Shown here one piece after another: positions 1 to 9,448 of a stretch of 32,000 nucleotides of DNA. Below the pieces are notes generated by a model. The model was not told where the DNA came from and did no database searches. It was given only the letters and a program-made list of their open reading frames with translations. Location: positions 218,827 through 250,826 of the forward strand of contig JBAYVT010000001.1 in assembly GCA_041674405.1 (NCBI GenBank). The letters are read 5' to 3'. How positions within the stretch are numbered: the first letter of the stretch is position 1; every line of letters begins with the position of its first letter. The translations under genes were made by a program, and so were the position numbers. The stretch is from Patescibacteria group bacterium (GTDB taxonomy: Bacteria > Patescibacteriota > UBA1384 > XYA2-FULL-43-10).

Positions 1-57
1 GCGTGGAGCTCCAATTTGAGATTCGTGGAAAGAGGTACCCCGAAAAGCAGGATGGAC

Positions 58-1224
58 TTAGCCGGCCTTCAGGACCCTAGGCGGGTCATTGGCGAAGTAG
101 TCGGGAGCCTCATTGATCAGGCAGCGAATGCCCGCGTAGTACCATGCTCCATATCGGTATAGCGGTTTCTCACTAATGACGACCTGGTCGTCACCCACAA
201 GATCCGTTATTACTTGCTGAAGCTCTGGCTCCCCTCCACTCATGACCACTCTGCCGTCCGCGGTCTGATAGACGCCCATAGCCAGTGGATGGTGGATTCG
301 TTTGATCCGATGGAACTCGATGCCAGCGCGTATGGCCCGACGACGACACTCACGAAGCGTCGAATCAGGGTTGTACTTTGGCGGTTTTCTCTGTCCCTGG
401 AAGCCAGACCAGATCAAGGGGTCAGCAAGCAGGTGCAAGCCACCTCGACGGTCTTCAATTACGGCGAAGAACCGATCGATGTGGTTGTCGGCGCCATAGC
501 CCATCTTGCTCGCTTGTCCATCCAGGAAGGTAGCTGATACTTCCGGGAGTTCGAGCACTGCCATTCCCAGATCCTTGAGTGGCTGTATCGGCGGCGGTTT
601 GAGCTCATAGCGATCTTCTCCCAACGCCTTCAACGTTTCTGGTCCAGGCATTTCGACCTTGTCGAACACAACTGCCAAAGACTGCCTGAAGAGTATCCGG
701 CCGCCTTCGCCGTAGATACTGTCGACAACGTTGTTCTTTTCCACCCAAGCCGGATCGACGACCCGGCTATGTCGCGGATCGAGCACAGCTTGGAAGCGGT
801 GCCAGCTCAGGTCCATCATCACCGTGCCATTCGGCAGCATGGTCCACAGGTCCCGAGGGAACCCTTGAACCAAGATGTCAATGTCCGGGAAGTTGATGGT
901 CGGGAAAGGGCCACTCTTCATCGCATCGAAATACTGCTGGCCCAGAAGCTCCCTAAAGGCTAGCATCACCATGGGAGTCAAACCTGCCGCAGCCAGCATG
1001 GAATAGATCAGGGCCCATTCTTCCGCAGCTTCCTGAGCCATTCCCCGGAGAATCCCCATGAATTCGGGGTCTTTGGCGGGAAGAGCATAGCTGCGGCCCG
1101 GGACTAAACTGTACCGGGAAAACGTTGGAAGCGGGTACGGCGCAAACCGCTCGTCTTGCCCATACGGTCTCGTCTTGTAGACGTTTGATACGGCAAAATG
1201 CGGCAAGCCATAAACGTGAATCAC
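58..1224 (-). CDS. hypothetical protein, 388 aa, G+C-rich foreign-looking gene
   Basis: Long open frame. AAGGAGGG Shine-Dalgarno (revcomp of 1232-1239) lies 7 nt upstream of GTG at 1224. The ORF-track TTG start at 1302 lacks an SD. No family motif recognised by eye. Confidence 0.6.
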   Translation of the reverse strand: MIHVYGLPHFAVSNVYKTRPYGQDERFAPYPLPTFSRYSLVPGRSYALPAKDPEFMGILRGMAQEAAEEWALIYSMLAAAGLTPMVMLAFRELLGQQYFDAMKSGPFPTINFPDIDILVQGFPRDLWTMLPNGTVMMDLSWHRFQAVLDPRHSRVVDPAWVEKNNVVDSIYGEGGRILFRQSLAVVFDKVEMPGPETLKALGEDRYELKPPPIQPLKDLGMAVLELPEVSATFLDGQASKMGYGADNHIDRFFAVIEDRRGGLHLLADPLIWSGFQGQRKPPKYNPDSTLRECRRRAIRAGIEFHRIKRIHHPLAMGVYQTADGRVVMSGGEPELQQVITDLVGDDQVVISEKPLYRYGAWYYAGIRCLINEAPDYFANDPPRVLKAG

Positions 1225-1380
1225 GCAGATGCCCTCCTTTCGGGCTTCGCTTTGGGATAGTACGGCTACATTTGGATTACCACAATTTTTAGAAAATAGC
1301 AAGGCTGGTTAAGTTCAAAATTATTTACGCTGCGTTTTCCAAAATATTTTATTTATCCACTTCCAAAGCGAAAAAAGTAT

Positions 1381-1409
1381 TTGACAAAAATATTTCATTA
1401 GTGTACAAT
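1381..1409 (+). promoter_or_regulatory. sigma70-like promoter of the RRM gene (TTGACA-17-TACAAT)
   Basis: TTGACA at 1381-1386, 17-nt spacer, TACAAT at 1404-1409. Confidence 0.6.
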
Positions 1410-1514
1410 ATTACCAAGTTTGAGAGTGTAGGTGTGCTAAGAACTTTCGTTCAAATCCCCCGAGACAATCAAGCGGGTCGATTTAATTATCGCTTAGGAA
1501 AGCGAACTGAAAAC

Positions 1515-1814
1515 ATGGATCAAGAAGTTGAAAAGAGCAACAAGCTCTATGTAGGAAATCTTCCCTACAATGTAGATGATCAGCCTTTCCGTGATGAACA
1601 GCTTAAAGCAATCTTCGCCGAAGCCGGCGAGGTTTCTGAAGCTACCGTTATCACAGAGAGAGAAACTGGTCGTTCTAAAGGGTTCGGATTCGTCACTTAT
1701 GCTGACGAAGCCACAGCCACCAAGGCTTTGGAAGAACTCAATGGAAAAGAAATTGGCGGCAGAGAATTAAGAATTTCTTATGCCCGACCAATGCGCGAGA
1801 GAGAAGACAGATAA
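1515..1814 (+). CDS. RNA-binding protein with a single RRM domain (99 aa)
   Basis: RNP2 'LYVGNL' and RNP1 'KGFGFVTY'. ATG at 1515 is the first Met after the promoter. The ORF-track GTG at 1401 lies inside the promoter. Confidence 0.85.
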   Translation: MDQEVEKSNKLYVGNLPYNVDDQPFRDEQLKAIFAEAGEVSEATVITERETGRSKGFGFVTYADEATATKALEELNGKEIGGRELRISYARPMREREDR

Positions 1815-1835
1815 TTTCGTCTACTTGACGCGAAT

Positions 1836-1872
1836 AAAAGCAAAAATCCCCCAAAGGGGGATTTTTGCTTTT
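1836..1872. terminator. bidirectional rho-independent terminator
   Basis: Perfect 17-bp stem aaaagcaaaaatccccc / gggggatttttgctttt with an aaa loop and flanking A/T runs. Confidence 0.85.
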
Positions 1873-1876
1873 ATAA

Positions 1877-1905
1877 TTGATTTTTTACGCCCAGTGCGTT
1901 AGTAT
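1877..1905 (+). promoter_or_regulatory. candidate promoter of the 117-aa G+C-rich gene (TTGATT-17-TAGTAT)
   Basis: Hexamers at 1877-1882 and 1900-1905 with a 17-nt spacer. Confidence 0.35.
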
Positions 1906-1994
1906 TGCGGTGCTCGCAGCAAGGCAACTTTCCAGTCCGGATCTGGCCGCCCCTCACGAAAATTCAACCGCCTATGGCGGAGGAGGAGCTGACC

Positions 1995-2348
1995 ATGACA
2001 AAGAGCTGGAGAATATTGCTAGAAGGTTTCGAGGCACTCGAGGAAAAAGTCCATCATGCGTTGTTCGAAGTCGCAGCAGCGCAAGAGGACGCAGATGCGG
2101 GATGGGACTCGTGGCTAGAGTGGGAAGAACTCGCGAAGCAGGTCCGGCGCGCAGCGCACGCCCGGGACCTCTCGATAGACGAGTTTGACTCGCTTTGCCG
2201 CACGGCCCGTCGGTACCAGAACAAGAGAGTGCATGACCTCTGCGTCGCACTCGAGATCGAGAGTTTCGCAGAGGAAGACGGCACCATGATCTGGGAGCAG
2301 TTTTGTGCTTTAGTTGGCAAACTCGAGCACCTGGCGCCAAGCCCGTAG
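1995..2348 (+). CDS. hypothetical small acidic helical protein (117 aa), G+C-rich cassette
   Basis: GGAGGAGGAG SD lies 6 nt upstream of ATG 1995. The antisense 143-aa ORF is Arg/Pro-rich junk. No recognisable domain. Confidence 0.5.
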   Translation: MTKSWRILLEGFEALEEKVHHALFEVAAAQEDADAGWDSWLEWEELAKQVRRAAHARDLSIDEFDSLCRTARRYQNKRVHDLCVALEIESFAEEDGTMIWEQFCALVGKLEHLAPSP

Positions 2349-2376
2349 GGAGCTCCGAGCCTTCAACGAGCGAGTC

Positions 2377-2401
2377 GGGCGGTCTGATGCATGGACCGCC
2401 C
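2377..2401 (+). terminator. GC-rich hairpin terminator of the 117-aa gene
   Basis: gggcggtc / gaccgccc stem with a 9-nt loop, followed by acaatttatttt. Confidence 0.5.
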
Positions 2402-2417
2402 ACAATTTATTTTAGAC

Positions 2418-3185
2418 CTATTTCTTTAAGTTCTCACTCGACATAAACTTTTTGATGTCATTGATCGTAGACATGAATTGGGCAGGAAAAATGATCGTGG
2501 AATTTTTCTCTGTCGAAATTTCAGATAGGACTTGAAGGTTTCGAAGCTGCAGTGCAATTGGGTGTTTATTGATAATATCAGCAGCTTTACCAAGTTTGTC
2601 CGCCGATTGAAATTCGCCTTCGGCAGCGATAATTTTTGCTCTTTTCTCCCTTTCAGCTTCTGCCTGTTTTGCCATCGCTCTCTGCATCGTATCAGGAAGT
2701 TGAATATCTTTGATCTCAACAGTTGTTACAATCACGCCCCAAGCTTCTGTATGGCTATCGATAATTTTTTTGATTTTTTGGTTAATTTTGTCCGTGTCAG
2801 AAAGAACCTCATCAAGTGAAAATTGGCCCACGATATTTCTCACGGTCGTTTGGGCAATCTGGTTTACCGCCGCATAAACATTTTGGACGGCAACGATCGA
2901 TTTGGTTGCATCTACCACATGGTAATAAGCCACGGCTGCCACATCAATCGAAACATTATCGCGCGTGATAATTTTCTGGGATTGAACCGGCATTGTAATT
3001 ATCTGTAGAGAAATTTTGTAAAGTCGATCAATAATCGGAATAATCATCCGAATTCCTGGCTCTTTTTCTCCTATCACCCGCCCAAGCCTAAACCAGACTC
3101 CCCGTTCATATTGCTGAACTACCCGCAATGCCGCAGCGATTAATATCACCGCAATCCCGATCACATACCACCATACTATGCTCAT
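2418..3185 (-). CDS. SPFH/band-7 (stomatin/prohibitin-like) membrane protein
   Basis: N-terminal TM helix, then typical SPFH sequence '[11 protein letters not shown]...[16 protein letters not shown]...[15 protein letters not shown]'. Confidence 0.9.
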   Translation of the reverse strand: MSIVWWYVIGIAVILIAAALRVVQQYERGVWFRLGRVIGEKEPGIRMIIPIIDRLYKISLQIITMPVQSQKIITRDNVSIDVAAVAYYHVVDATKSIVAVQNVYAAVNQIAQTTVRNIVGQFSLDEVLSDTDKINQKIKKIIDSHTEAWGVIVTTVEIKDIQLPDTMQRAMAKQAEAEREKRAKIIAAEGEFQSADKLGKAADIINKHPIALQLRNLQVLSEISTEKNSTIIFPAQFMSTINDIKKFMSSENLKK

Positions 3186-3303
3186 TTTTTCCTTTCGTTA
3201 TTGATTAAAATGTAGTGCTAGTTTAGAAAAATTGCAATAGGCAGGACAACTAGAACAATCGCTTCGGCTTGGGTATAATACGGAAAGACAAAAGAAAGGA
3301 ATT

Positions 3304-4236
3304 ATGGCGAAAGTAATCGAAGTAAAAAATTTGTCCAAAAAGTACGGACCGCTTGTTGCGGTTGATGGAATCAATTTTAGTGTTGAAAAGGGTGAAATTT
3401 TTGGTCTTTTGGGTGAAAATGGAGCCGGTAAGACGACAACACTTGAGATGATTGAGGGGTTAAGGAAACCATCTAGCGGAGAAATCAAAGTGCTTGGCCA
3501 TGATTCGCAGAGTGAAATTGCCGAGATTAAGAATAGGATTGGAGTCCAGCTCCAGTCATCAGCATATTTCAGCTTTTTAAATCTAAGAGAAATTCTTGAT
3601 CTTTTTGGTGGGTTTTATCCGAAGAGAATCGCCACGGATGAGCTTCTTTCCATGGTCCGGCTCAGGGAAAAATCAAAAGACTTCGTCGGCAACCTCTCTG
3701 GCGGACAGAAGCAAAGATTCTCGATTATTGCTAGCCTCATAAATGATCCCGATGTGGTTTTTCTTGATGAGCCAACCACCGGCCTCGACCCTCTGGCGCG
3801 CCGAAACCTCTGGGATATTATTCTGAAAATCAAGTCGCAAGGAAAAACAATAATTCTGACCACTCATTACATGGAGGAAGCAGAAAAACTTTGCGACCGA
3901 ATTGCAATCATGGAGAGAGGAAAAATTCTCGCTATTGGCACGGTCCACGAACTCATCTTGAAGGTAAATAATCCATTCAGAATTCAATTTGTCGCCGCTG
4001 GTATTCCAGCAAACATTGAAAAAAACATTCGCGGATGCTGTGGAGAATTCGTGAAATTCGATGGCAAAACTGACCATTACGAGTTGCAGCTTAAAAATCG
4101 CAAGGATTTAAAAACTGCTCTATCAGAGATTGAAAAAATAAATTACGAAGATTTACTGGTAACGCGAGCATCACTTGAAGAATTATTTATCGAGCTTACA
4201 GGAAAAGCGATTGAGGACGAGGAGGCAAATGCTTAG
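3304..4236 (+). CDS. ABC transporter ATP-binding protein (ABC-2/DrrA-like)
   Basis: Walker A 'GENGAGKTT', signature 'LSGGQKQR', Walker B 'VVFLDEPT'. Confidence 0.9.
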   Translation: MAKVIEVKNLSKKYGPLVAVDGINFSVEKGEIFGLLGENGAGKTTTLEMIEGLRKPSSGEIKVLGHDSQSEIAEIKNRIGVQLQSSAYFSFLNLREILDLFGGFYPKRIATDELLSMVRLREKSKDFVGNLSGGQKQRFSIIASLINDPDVVFLDEPTTGLDPLARRNLWDIILKIKSQGKTIILTTHYMEEAEKLCDRIAIMERGKILAIGTVHELILKVNNPFRIQFVAAGIPANIEKNIRGCCGEFVKFDGKTDHYELQLKNRKDLKTALSEIEKINYEDLLVTRASLEELFIELTGKAIEDEEANA

Positions 4237-5311
4237 ATTATTTATCGCAGACCTGAAAATGCTGGTCCGGAATCGACAGGCGCTTTTTTGGAGCTTGATG
4301 TTTCCGCTGATGTTTACAATAATTTTTGGCTTCTTTTTTGGCGGGTCAACCATCGCCGGCACAATTGGCTTGATCAACAATTCGAACACACAGATAGCGC
4401 AGGGTCTAGTTTCTGCACTCAAGGGAACCGACTTACTCAAAGTCCAGGACGAGAGCGATTTGAACACAGCCAAAGATTTGATCAAGAAAAACACAATTTC
4501 TGCGGTCGTCGTGATTCCTCAAGGTTTTGGGGATATCACCCCCGATTCACCAAGACAAGTTGATGTTATTTACGACCCCGGATCGCAACAGCTTGTGGCA
4601 ATTATTAATTCTTTTCTGAATACTTATCTTACCAATGTAAATTATTCCGTTCAGAATGCTAAACCGATTTTTTCCGTTAATGCCCAGGCAATAAATTCGG
4701 AGAGAAAGTTAAATTACTTCGATTTTGTTCTTGCTGGAATCCTCGGGATGGCAATCATGCAATCCTCCATTATCGGCGTTTCTATTGCCATCAGCACTTA
4801 CAGGCAGGAAAAAATACTAAAGCGCATAACCACCACCCCGATTAAGACATGGCAATTTATCATCGCCGAAGTTTTATCGCGTTTAGTGGTAAATTTAATT
4901 CAAGTTGCCCTCGTTCTGGCGCTTGGCGTTTATGCATTTCACGGACATATTTATGGAAATATCTTCGAAATTTTCGGCATCGCTCTTTTGGGTGCCCTTC
5001 TATTTCAGATGATCGGTTTTGTGGTTGCCAGCTTTGCCAAAACCGCCGATGCGGCGCAAGGGATGGCAACCGCTATCGGAATCCCGATGATGTTTCTAGC
5101 CGGCGTATTTTTTCCGATCGATTCTTTGCCCAAGTGGCTTTACTCTGTTGTCCAATATCTGCCACTTGCACCACTTCTCAGAATCCTGCGCACTGTGGCC
5201 CTTGAAGCTGGCTCGGCTTTTCAAAACCCAGTGAATATGGCAATCGTCGGTGCCTGGATTGTCGTATGTTTGGCACTTTCGCTCTGGAGATTTCGCCTAT
5301 CAGAAGAATAG
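4229..5311 (+). CDS. ABC-2 type transporter permease
   Basis: GAGGAGG SD precedes ATG 4229, which overlaps the ATPase stop by 8 nt. Multi-TM protein with a large first extracytoplasmic loop, typical of ABC-2 permeases. Confidence 0.85.
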   Translation: MLRLFIADLKMLVRNRQALFWSLMFPLMFTIIFGFFFGGSTIAGTIGLINNSNTQIAQGLVSALKGTDLLKVQDESDLNTAKDLIKKNTISAVVVIPQGFGDITPDSPRQVDVIYDPGSQQLVAIINSFLNTYLTNVNYSVQNAKPIFSVNAQAINSERKLNYFDFVLAGILGMAIMQSSIIGVSIAISTYRQEKILKRITTTPIKTWQFIIAEVLSRLVVNLIQVALVLALGVYAFHGHIYGNIFEIFGIALLGALLFQMIGFVVASFAKTADAAQGMATAIGIPMMFLAGVFFPIDSLPKWLYSVVQYLPLAPLLRILRTVALEAGSAFQNPVNMAIVGAWIVVCLALSLWRFRLSEE

Positions 5312-5410
5312 TGGACAAATGGGCTATTGCCGAGCCCTACAAAATGATATGATATATATGGTGAATTGTGAAATTTGCCATTTGAAATATTTAGTGAGGA
5401 GGATACCACA

Positions 5411-5614
5411 ATGGATCCAGAAGAGACACAAGAAGAAACAACCCCTGTTGAGGGTGGCGAAGCTGAAGGCACTGAGGCTCCAGCAGCACCAGAAGCGAAT
5501 GCAGAAGGTGGAGAAGAATCAGAACTCGGTGCACCAGCCGACGAAGAAGCTCCAAAAGCTCCAGAGACGGGAGCCGAAGGCGAAAGTGAAGAAGAACCAC
5601 CAGCCACAGAGTAA
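5411..5614 (+). CDS. small highly acidic low-complexity protein (67 aa)
   Basis: GAGGAGG SD lies 8 nt upstream of ATG 5411. E/P/A-rich sequence, followed by a strong terminator. Coding status uncertain. Confidence 0.4.
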   Translation: MDPEETQEETTPVEGGEAEGTEAPAAPEANAEGGEESELGAPADEEAPKAPETGAEGESEEEPPATE

Positions 5615-5623
5615 TTCAATTGA

Positions 5624-5665
5624 ACAATAAGAAAAATCAGGCCTTGGCCTGATTTTTCTTATTGT
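5624..5665. terminator. bidirectional terminator shared by convergent genes
   Basis: 20-bp perfect palindrome acaataagaaaaatcaggcc / ggcctgatttttcttattgt. Confidence 0.85.
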
Positions 5666-5674
5666 AAATATAAT

Positions 5675-6304
5675 TTATTCTGCGCTTGTATCTGTTGATA
5701 TTTTGGAAACGACCACATCAAACATGTGTGTTCCGGAGGAAACAATATACATCGAAATATCGCCTTTATCAAAATATGCACTGAACGAATCGCTTGTGTT
5801 GTAGTTCGCCGTTTTGGTATAGCCGGCATTTACAAAAGCATTTTCTATGTCTGAATATTTTGAGGCATTGACTTCATTTTTTGTAGTATAATACAGCGTT
5901 GCACTATCCGTTGCCGATGACCAAAGCGAAAGTTTTGCTCCGCCAAACAAATTGGTAAGTATTGGCTTGATTTCCGCATTAACAGAAATCGACAAGGAAT
6001 CAGACGGAGTAACTTCTTGAACCTGTGAATAATCATTGGTATCAGTGCCAATATTTGTAGTGTCAGTGTTCACACCGGTGGTGTCTTTGATCACATCCGA
6101 CACTGCATTGTGGACTCTATTTTTGACAAAACGATAAATTCCATAACTAATTCCGCCACCCACAACTACAAGGACGAGTACCACAATCAGGATAATCAAT
6201 CCTACATTTGTTTTTTTCTTGGCTGGTGCGGCCTGTGTCGGCTGCGGCGCTGCCGTTTGCGCTGGTGCTGGCGCCTCAGGAGTATTTTTTTGATCCTCTG
6301 GCAT
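5675..6304 (-). CDS. membrane-anchored hypothetical protein (Pro/Ala-rich N-terminus, one TM, extracytoplasmic domain)
   Basis: GGAGGG SD upstream of ATG 6304. TM segment 'VGLIILIVVLVLVVVGGGI'. Confidence 0.6.
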   Translation of the reverse strand: MPEDQKNTPEAPAPAQTAAPQPTQAAPAKKKTNVGLIILIVVLVLVVVGGGISYGIYRFVKNRVHNAVSDVIKDTTGVNTDTTNIGTDTNDYSQVQEVTPSDSLSISVNAEIKPILTNLFGGAKLSLWSSATDSATLYYTTKNEVNASKYSDIENAFVNAGYTKTANYNTSDSFSAYFDKGDISMYIVSSGTHMFDVVVSKISTDTSAE

Positions 6305-6532
6305 AAACCCTCCATATTCCTTTTGGAATTTAGTTCTAAATATTATTACACAGGATTATTTTACCCCCATTTTATAAAGATTCAAAGTTTTTATTAGAAA
6401 TTATAATGCAACATCTTTGTTGATCGGCTAAGATTCTGATAGCGTTAAACAAAAAATTAAATGATTTTATTTTCAGTTTTAATTTTTGATTCCGAAGGGA
6501 CCCCTTTGGGGCTTTGATTTAGATGAGGTGCC

Positions 6533-6976
6533 ATGATTATTACCAGCCCCGATTTTCAAGAAGGAGAAAAAATTCCAGAAATATATACCTGTGACGGCAA
6601 CGATATTGCGCCGGATATCATTGTTGATGATGTCCCAGATGAGGCAAAAAGTTTAGCATTAATTATGGATGATCCCGATGCCCCGATGCATACTTGGACT
6701 CATTGGATTGCTTGGAACATTCCTCCCGGGACGAAAAAAATCAAAGAAGGAATGACACCCGAAGGCACAATTGAGGGAATAACTTCTGCTGGTAATGCCG
6801 GATACCACGGCCCTTGCCCAACCGAAGGAGAGCATAGATATTTTTTTCGATTCTATGCGCTGGATACGATGCTGAAAATATCTGAAGAATCAGATCGGCA
6901 CAAGGTTGAACAAGCCATGTCTGGCCATATTATCGAAACATCGGATCTGATGGGGCTGTATGAAAAAGAAGACTAA
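6533..6976 (+). CDS. YbhB/YbcL family PEBP (Raf kinase inhibitor-like) protein
   Basis: 'DDPDAP', 'HWIAWNI' and 'GPCPTEGEHRYFFRFYALD' motifs. Confidence 0.9.
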   Translation: MIITSPDFQEGEKIPEIYTCDGNDIAPDIIVDDVPDEAKSLALIMDDPDAPMHTWTHWIAWNIPPGTKKIKEGMTPEGTIEGITSAGNAGYHGPCPTEGEHRYFFRFYALDTMLKISEESDRHKVEQAMSGHIIETSDLMGLYEKED

Positions 6977-6981
6977 GCGTT

Positions 6982-7293
6982 TTACACAACTGCAATTACA
7001 AATAATGCAATTAATGTAATGATTGCAACGAAGAGAACGGTATAAAGAAGAAGGCTTATGGCTTCTTTTTTCTTACCATCAAAGTAAAGCATAAGCGGTT
7101 TTCCTACCGATAATATGCCCACGACTAGAGCCGAAAGCACAAAAACCATGAGAAATGTGGCACTTCCGATTATCGAATTCATTTTCCCGAAAATCTTTTC
7201 ACCATTATTAAGAAATAACACAACCAGAACTACATACGCTGCAATACCAATTGCGTTGATAACGCCTCTCCACATTAGGCTCAAATTTTTCAT
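6982..7293 (-). CDS. small integral membrane protein (3 TM)
   Basis: AAGGAG SD (revcomp of 7301-7306) upstream of ATG 7293. Three hydrophobic helices. Confidence 0.6.
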   Translation of the reverse strand: MKNLSLMWRGVINAIGIAAYVVLVVLFLNNGEKIFGKMNSIIGSATFLMVFVLSALVVGILSVGKPLMLYFDGKKKEAISLLLYTVLFVAIITLIALFVIAVV

Positions 7294-7358
7294 TTAATCT
7301 CCTTTTTAATAGTAATCGATATTATAGCACAGCTTGAAATTAGTGCTAAGATAATTGT

Positions 7359-7616
7359 ATGAATAATGGCGACAAAAAAACAAAAGGCAAATTTGTTTAT
7401 GTTTTAATACAAGTTCTAGGTGTTTTTTTGTTAATTCTGGGAGTACTGGGAATATTACTCCCGATATTACCCGGTTGGCCATTGATTTTTTTTGGGCTCT
7501 TGATTTTGGGAGCAGATGTTGCATTTCGTGACCGCATAATCAACATATTTCCCGAAAGGTTTCGTCCTGTAATTCGCCATCATGCAGACAAAATATATGC
7601 AAAAAAACACAAATAA
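7359..7616 (+). CDS. PGPGW-type small membrane protein
   Basis: 'LPILPGWPLIFFGLLILG' motif between two TM helices. Confidence 0.6.
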   Translation: MNNGDKKTKGKFVYVLIQVLGVFLLILGVLGILLPILPGWPLIFFGLLILGADVAFRDRIINIFPERFRPVIRHHADKIYAKKHK

Positions 7617-8238
7617 TAAACCAACTTTTGAAATTGAAAAACATTTTCAGGAGCAAGGTTTCGAACTTGTCGCTGGGGCTGACGAAGTCGGAAGAGGAGC
7701 CCTTGCTGGTCCAATTTTTGCCGCAGCGGCAATTTTTGATATTGAAAAAAACTTTCGCGGAATCCGAAAAATTAAAGATTCGAAATTGTTGAAAGCAAAA
7801 GAAAGAGAAGAAATCCTGAAATATATACGAAAAAATGTGATCGATTCGGCAATAGGGTCAGCATCTGTCGAGGAGATTAACAAACATGGAATTGGTGCGG
7901 CAAATATCATGGCTTTCAAGCGCGCTCTCGATAATTTAAAAAGTGTTGATTTTGCCATCATTGACGGGCGGCAATTTCGAGGTTTCGCATATAAATATTT
8001 TTGTGTGGAGAAGGGTGATAATAAATCAATTTCGATAGCTGCAGCCTCGATAATTGCCAAAGTCGAGAGAGACAAATTGATGAGCGAATTAGACCCGAGT
8101 GATATATATGGTTTCAAAAATAATAAGGGCTACGGCGCCAAAAAACATCAAGAAGCCTTGAAATCTCATGGCCCAAGCGAACACCACAGAACTCAATTCA
8201 TACGCGGGATTCTGAATTCTGATCCGAAATTGTTTTGA
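7582..8238 (+). CDS. rnhB: ribonuclease HII
   Basis: 'GADEVGRGALAGP' active-site motif, 'IIDG' and 'IAAASIIAKV'. The start could instead be ATG 7597. Confidence 0.9.
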   Translation: MQTKYMQKNTNNKPTFEIEKHFQEQGFELVAGADEVGRGALAGPIFAAAAIFDIEKNFRGIRKIKDSKLLKAKEREEILKYIRKNVIDSAIGSASVEEINKHGIGAANIMAFKRALDNLKSVDFAIIDGRQFRGFAYKYFCVEKGDNKSISIAAASIIAKVERDKLMSELDPSDIYGFKNNKGYGAKKHQEALKSHGPSEHHRTQFIRGILNSDPKLF

Positions 8239-8262
8239 ATAGTACAAACTTAATTATCATTT

Positions 8263-9132
8263 TCATTTCTGTCCAGTTATCACTGTTCCTGTGCGTTCTT
8301 CGAAAAACTCATCATTTGGGTTTATTTTTAATAGTTCTTCCTTAAGCTCATCGTCAAAATTTTTGAGATTATTGCCAAAAAGTTCCGGGGCGGCGTAAGA
8401 ATAGCTATGTTGTTCTTGGGCAATCTCGCTTGACGCGACCTTGATCTTTGGAAACTTTAAGTGTTCGTAGCGAACGTTTTCGAAGCCTATTTCTTCCAGG
8501 ATTTTCGGATAATCTTTTGTCTTAACACTAGGAAATGAACCGCTCGATGTTCGCCTCTCTTCACCAAGATATTTTTTAATAATTTCGATTGTTTTCTGCT
8601 GCCAGACCTCTGGTGTATTTTGCCAAATTGTTGAGACTCCGGTTATACCGACACAACCTCCGGGAGCCAGAATTGTATAGGCAAATTCAAGCATTCTTTT
8701 GTAATCCATCCAGTGGAGCGAATTGCCAAAGGTCACTGCCTGAAATTCTCCGATTGTATCGCTTAAATCTTCTCCGTTTGCACAAAGCCAATCGATATTC
8801 TCTGCTTTCCTTTCGGTAGCCAGAATTTTGCCCTCGTCGATCATTTCCCTGCTTGGCTCAACGGCAACTACCCGATTAAAATAATGGCTTAAAGGGATAG
8901 CAAGAGTGCCCGGGCCAGCGCCGATGTCAAGCAAATCGCCCTTTTTGTCAGGCAGGTTCGCGACAATAAGATCGATAACCTCTTTGGGATATTGCGGGCG
9001 ATATTTGTAATATTTTGATGAGCCCTTAAAAACATCCATTTGCGTCCTGTTCGTTATTTGCTGCATACTATCATAGCCAAAAAATCCTAAACACTGATCC
9101 AAAGTTGTTCTAATAATCGATTCAGATAACAC
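8263..9132 (-). CDS. class I SAM-dependent methyltransferase
   Basis: Motif I 'LLDIGAGPGTLA', 'VVAVEPS'. The start (GTG 9132) is uncertain and internal Met codons are possible. Confidence 0.8.
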   Translation of the reverse strand: MLSESIIRTTLDQCLGFFGYDSMQQITNRTQMDVFKGSSKYYKYRPQYPKEVIDLIVANLPDKKGDLLDIGAGPGTLAIPLSHYFNRVVAVEPSREMIDEGKILATERKAENIDWLCANGEDLSDTIGEFQAVTFGNSLHWMDYKRMLEFAYTILAPGGCVGITGVSTIWQNTPEVWQQKTIEIIKKYLGEERRTSSGSFPSVKTKDYPKILEEIGFENVRYEHLKFPKIKVASSEIAQEQHSYSYAAPELFGNNLKNFDDELKEELLKINPNDEFFEERTGTVITGQK

Positions 9133-9143
9133 GAATGATTTCT

Positions 9144-9305
9144 CTAATACAAATCTTGAATTTTGTTCTGTAGTTCTTGAATTTTAATAGCGATTCGGTC
9201 TTTCTGAACTTTTTTAAGATCAGGTCCGTATTTAACAACGAATCGTTCTATTCTGGCCAGTGCCTCCAGAGTCTTTACTACCGTTTTTTCTAGTTTTTCT
9301 TCCAT
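9144..9305 (-). CDS. small hypothetical coiled-coil protein (53 aa), possibly leaderless
   Basis: Extended -10 cgTGcTATAAT (revcomp of 9312-9322) ends 6 nt before ATG 9305. No SD. Confidence 0.4.
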   Translation of the reverse strand: MEEKLEKTVVKTLEALARIERFVVKYGPDLKKVQKDRIAIKIQELQNKIQDLY

Positions 9306-9448
9306 GCCCGGATTATAGCACGAAAAATGATCGAAAAAGATCCCTTCCGAATCCCATATTATTGCAAGACCAGGAAAAACAACCACCAAAAGTCGGAGAA
9401 AAAAAGATGGCGATATTATTATGATAGAAATAAGTTTATGATTAAATC

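Noticed and set aside
1401-1514. ORF-track GTG start at 1401 for the RRM protein (137 aa)
   Set aside because: The GTG lies within the -10 region of the promoter, and the 38 extra residues are not RRM-like. ATG 1515 gives a standard ~100-aa RRM protein.
1877-2403. 103-aa (+), 143-aa (-) and 88-aa (-) ORFs overlapping the 117-aa gene
   Set aside because: Their Arg/Pro/Ser-rich compositions lack SDs. Only the frame starting at ATG 1995 has a strong GGAGG SD and a protein-like composition.
5221-5630. 132-aa minus-strand and 126-aa plus-strand ORFs overlapping the acidic-protein region
   Set aside because: They are low-complexity mirror frames of the E/P/A-rich sequence and have no SD.
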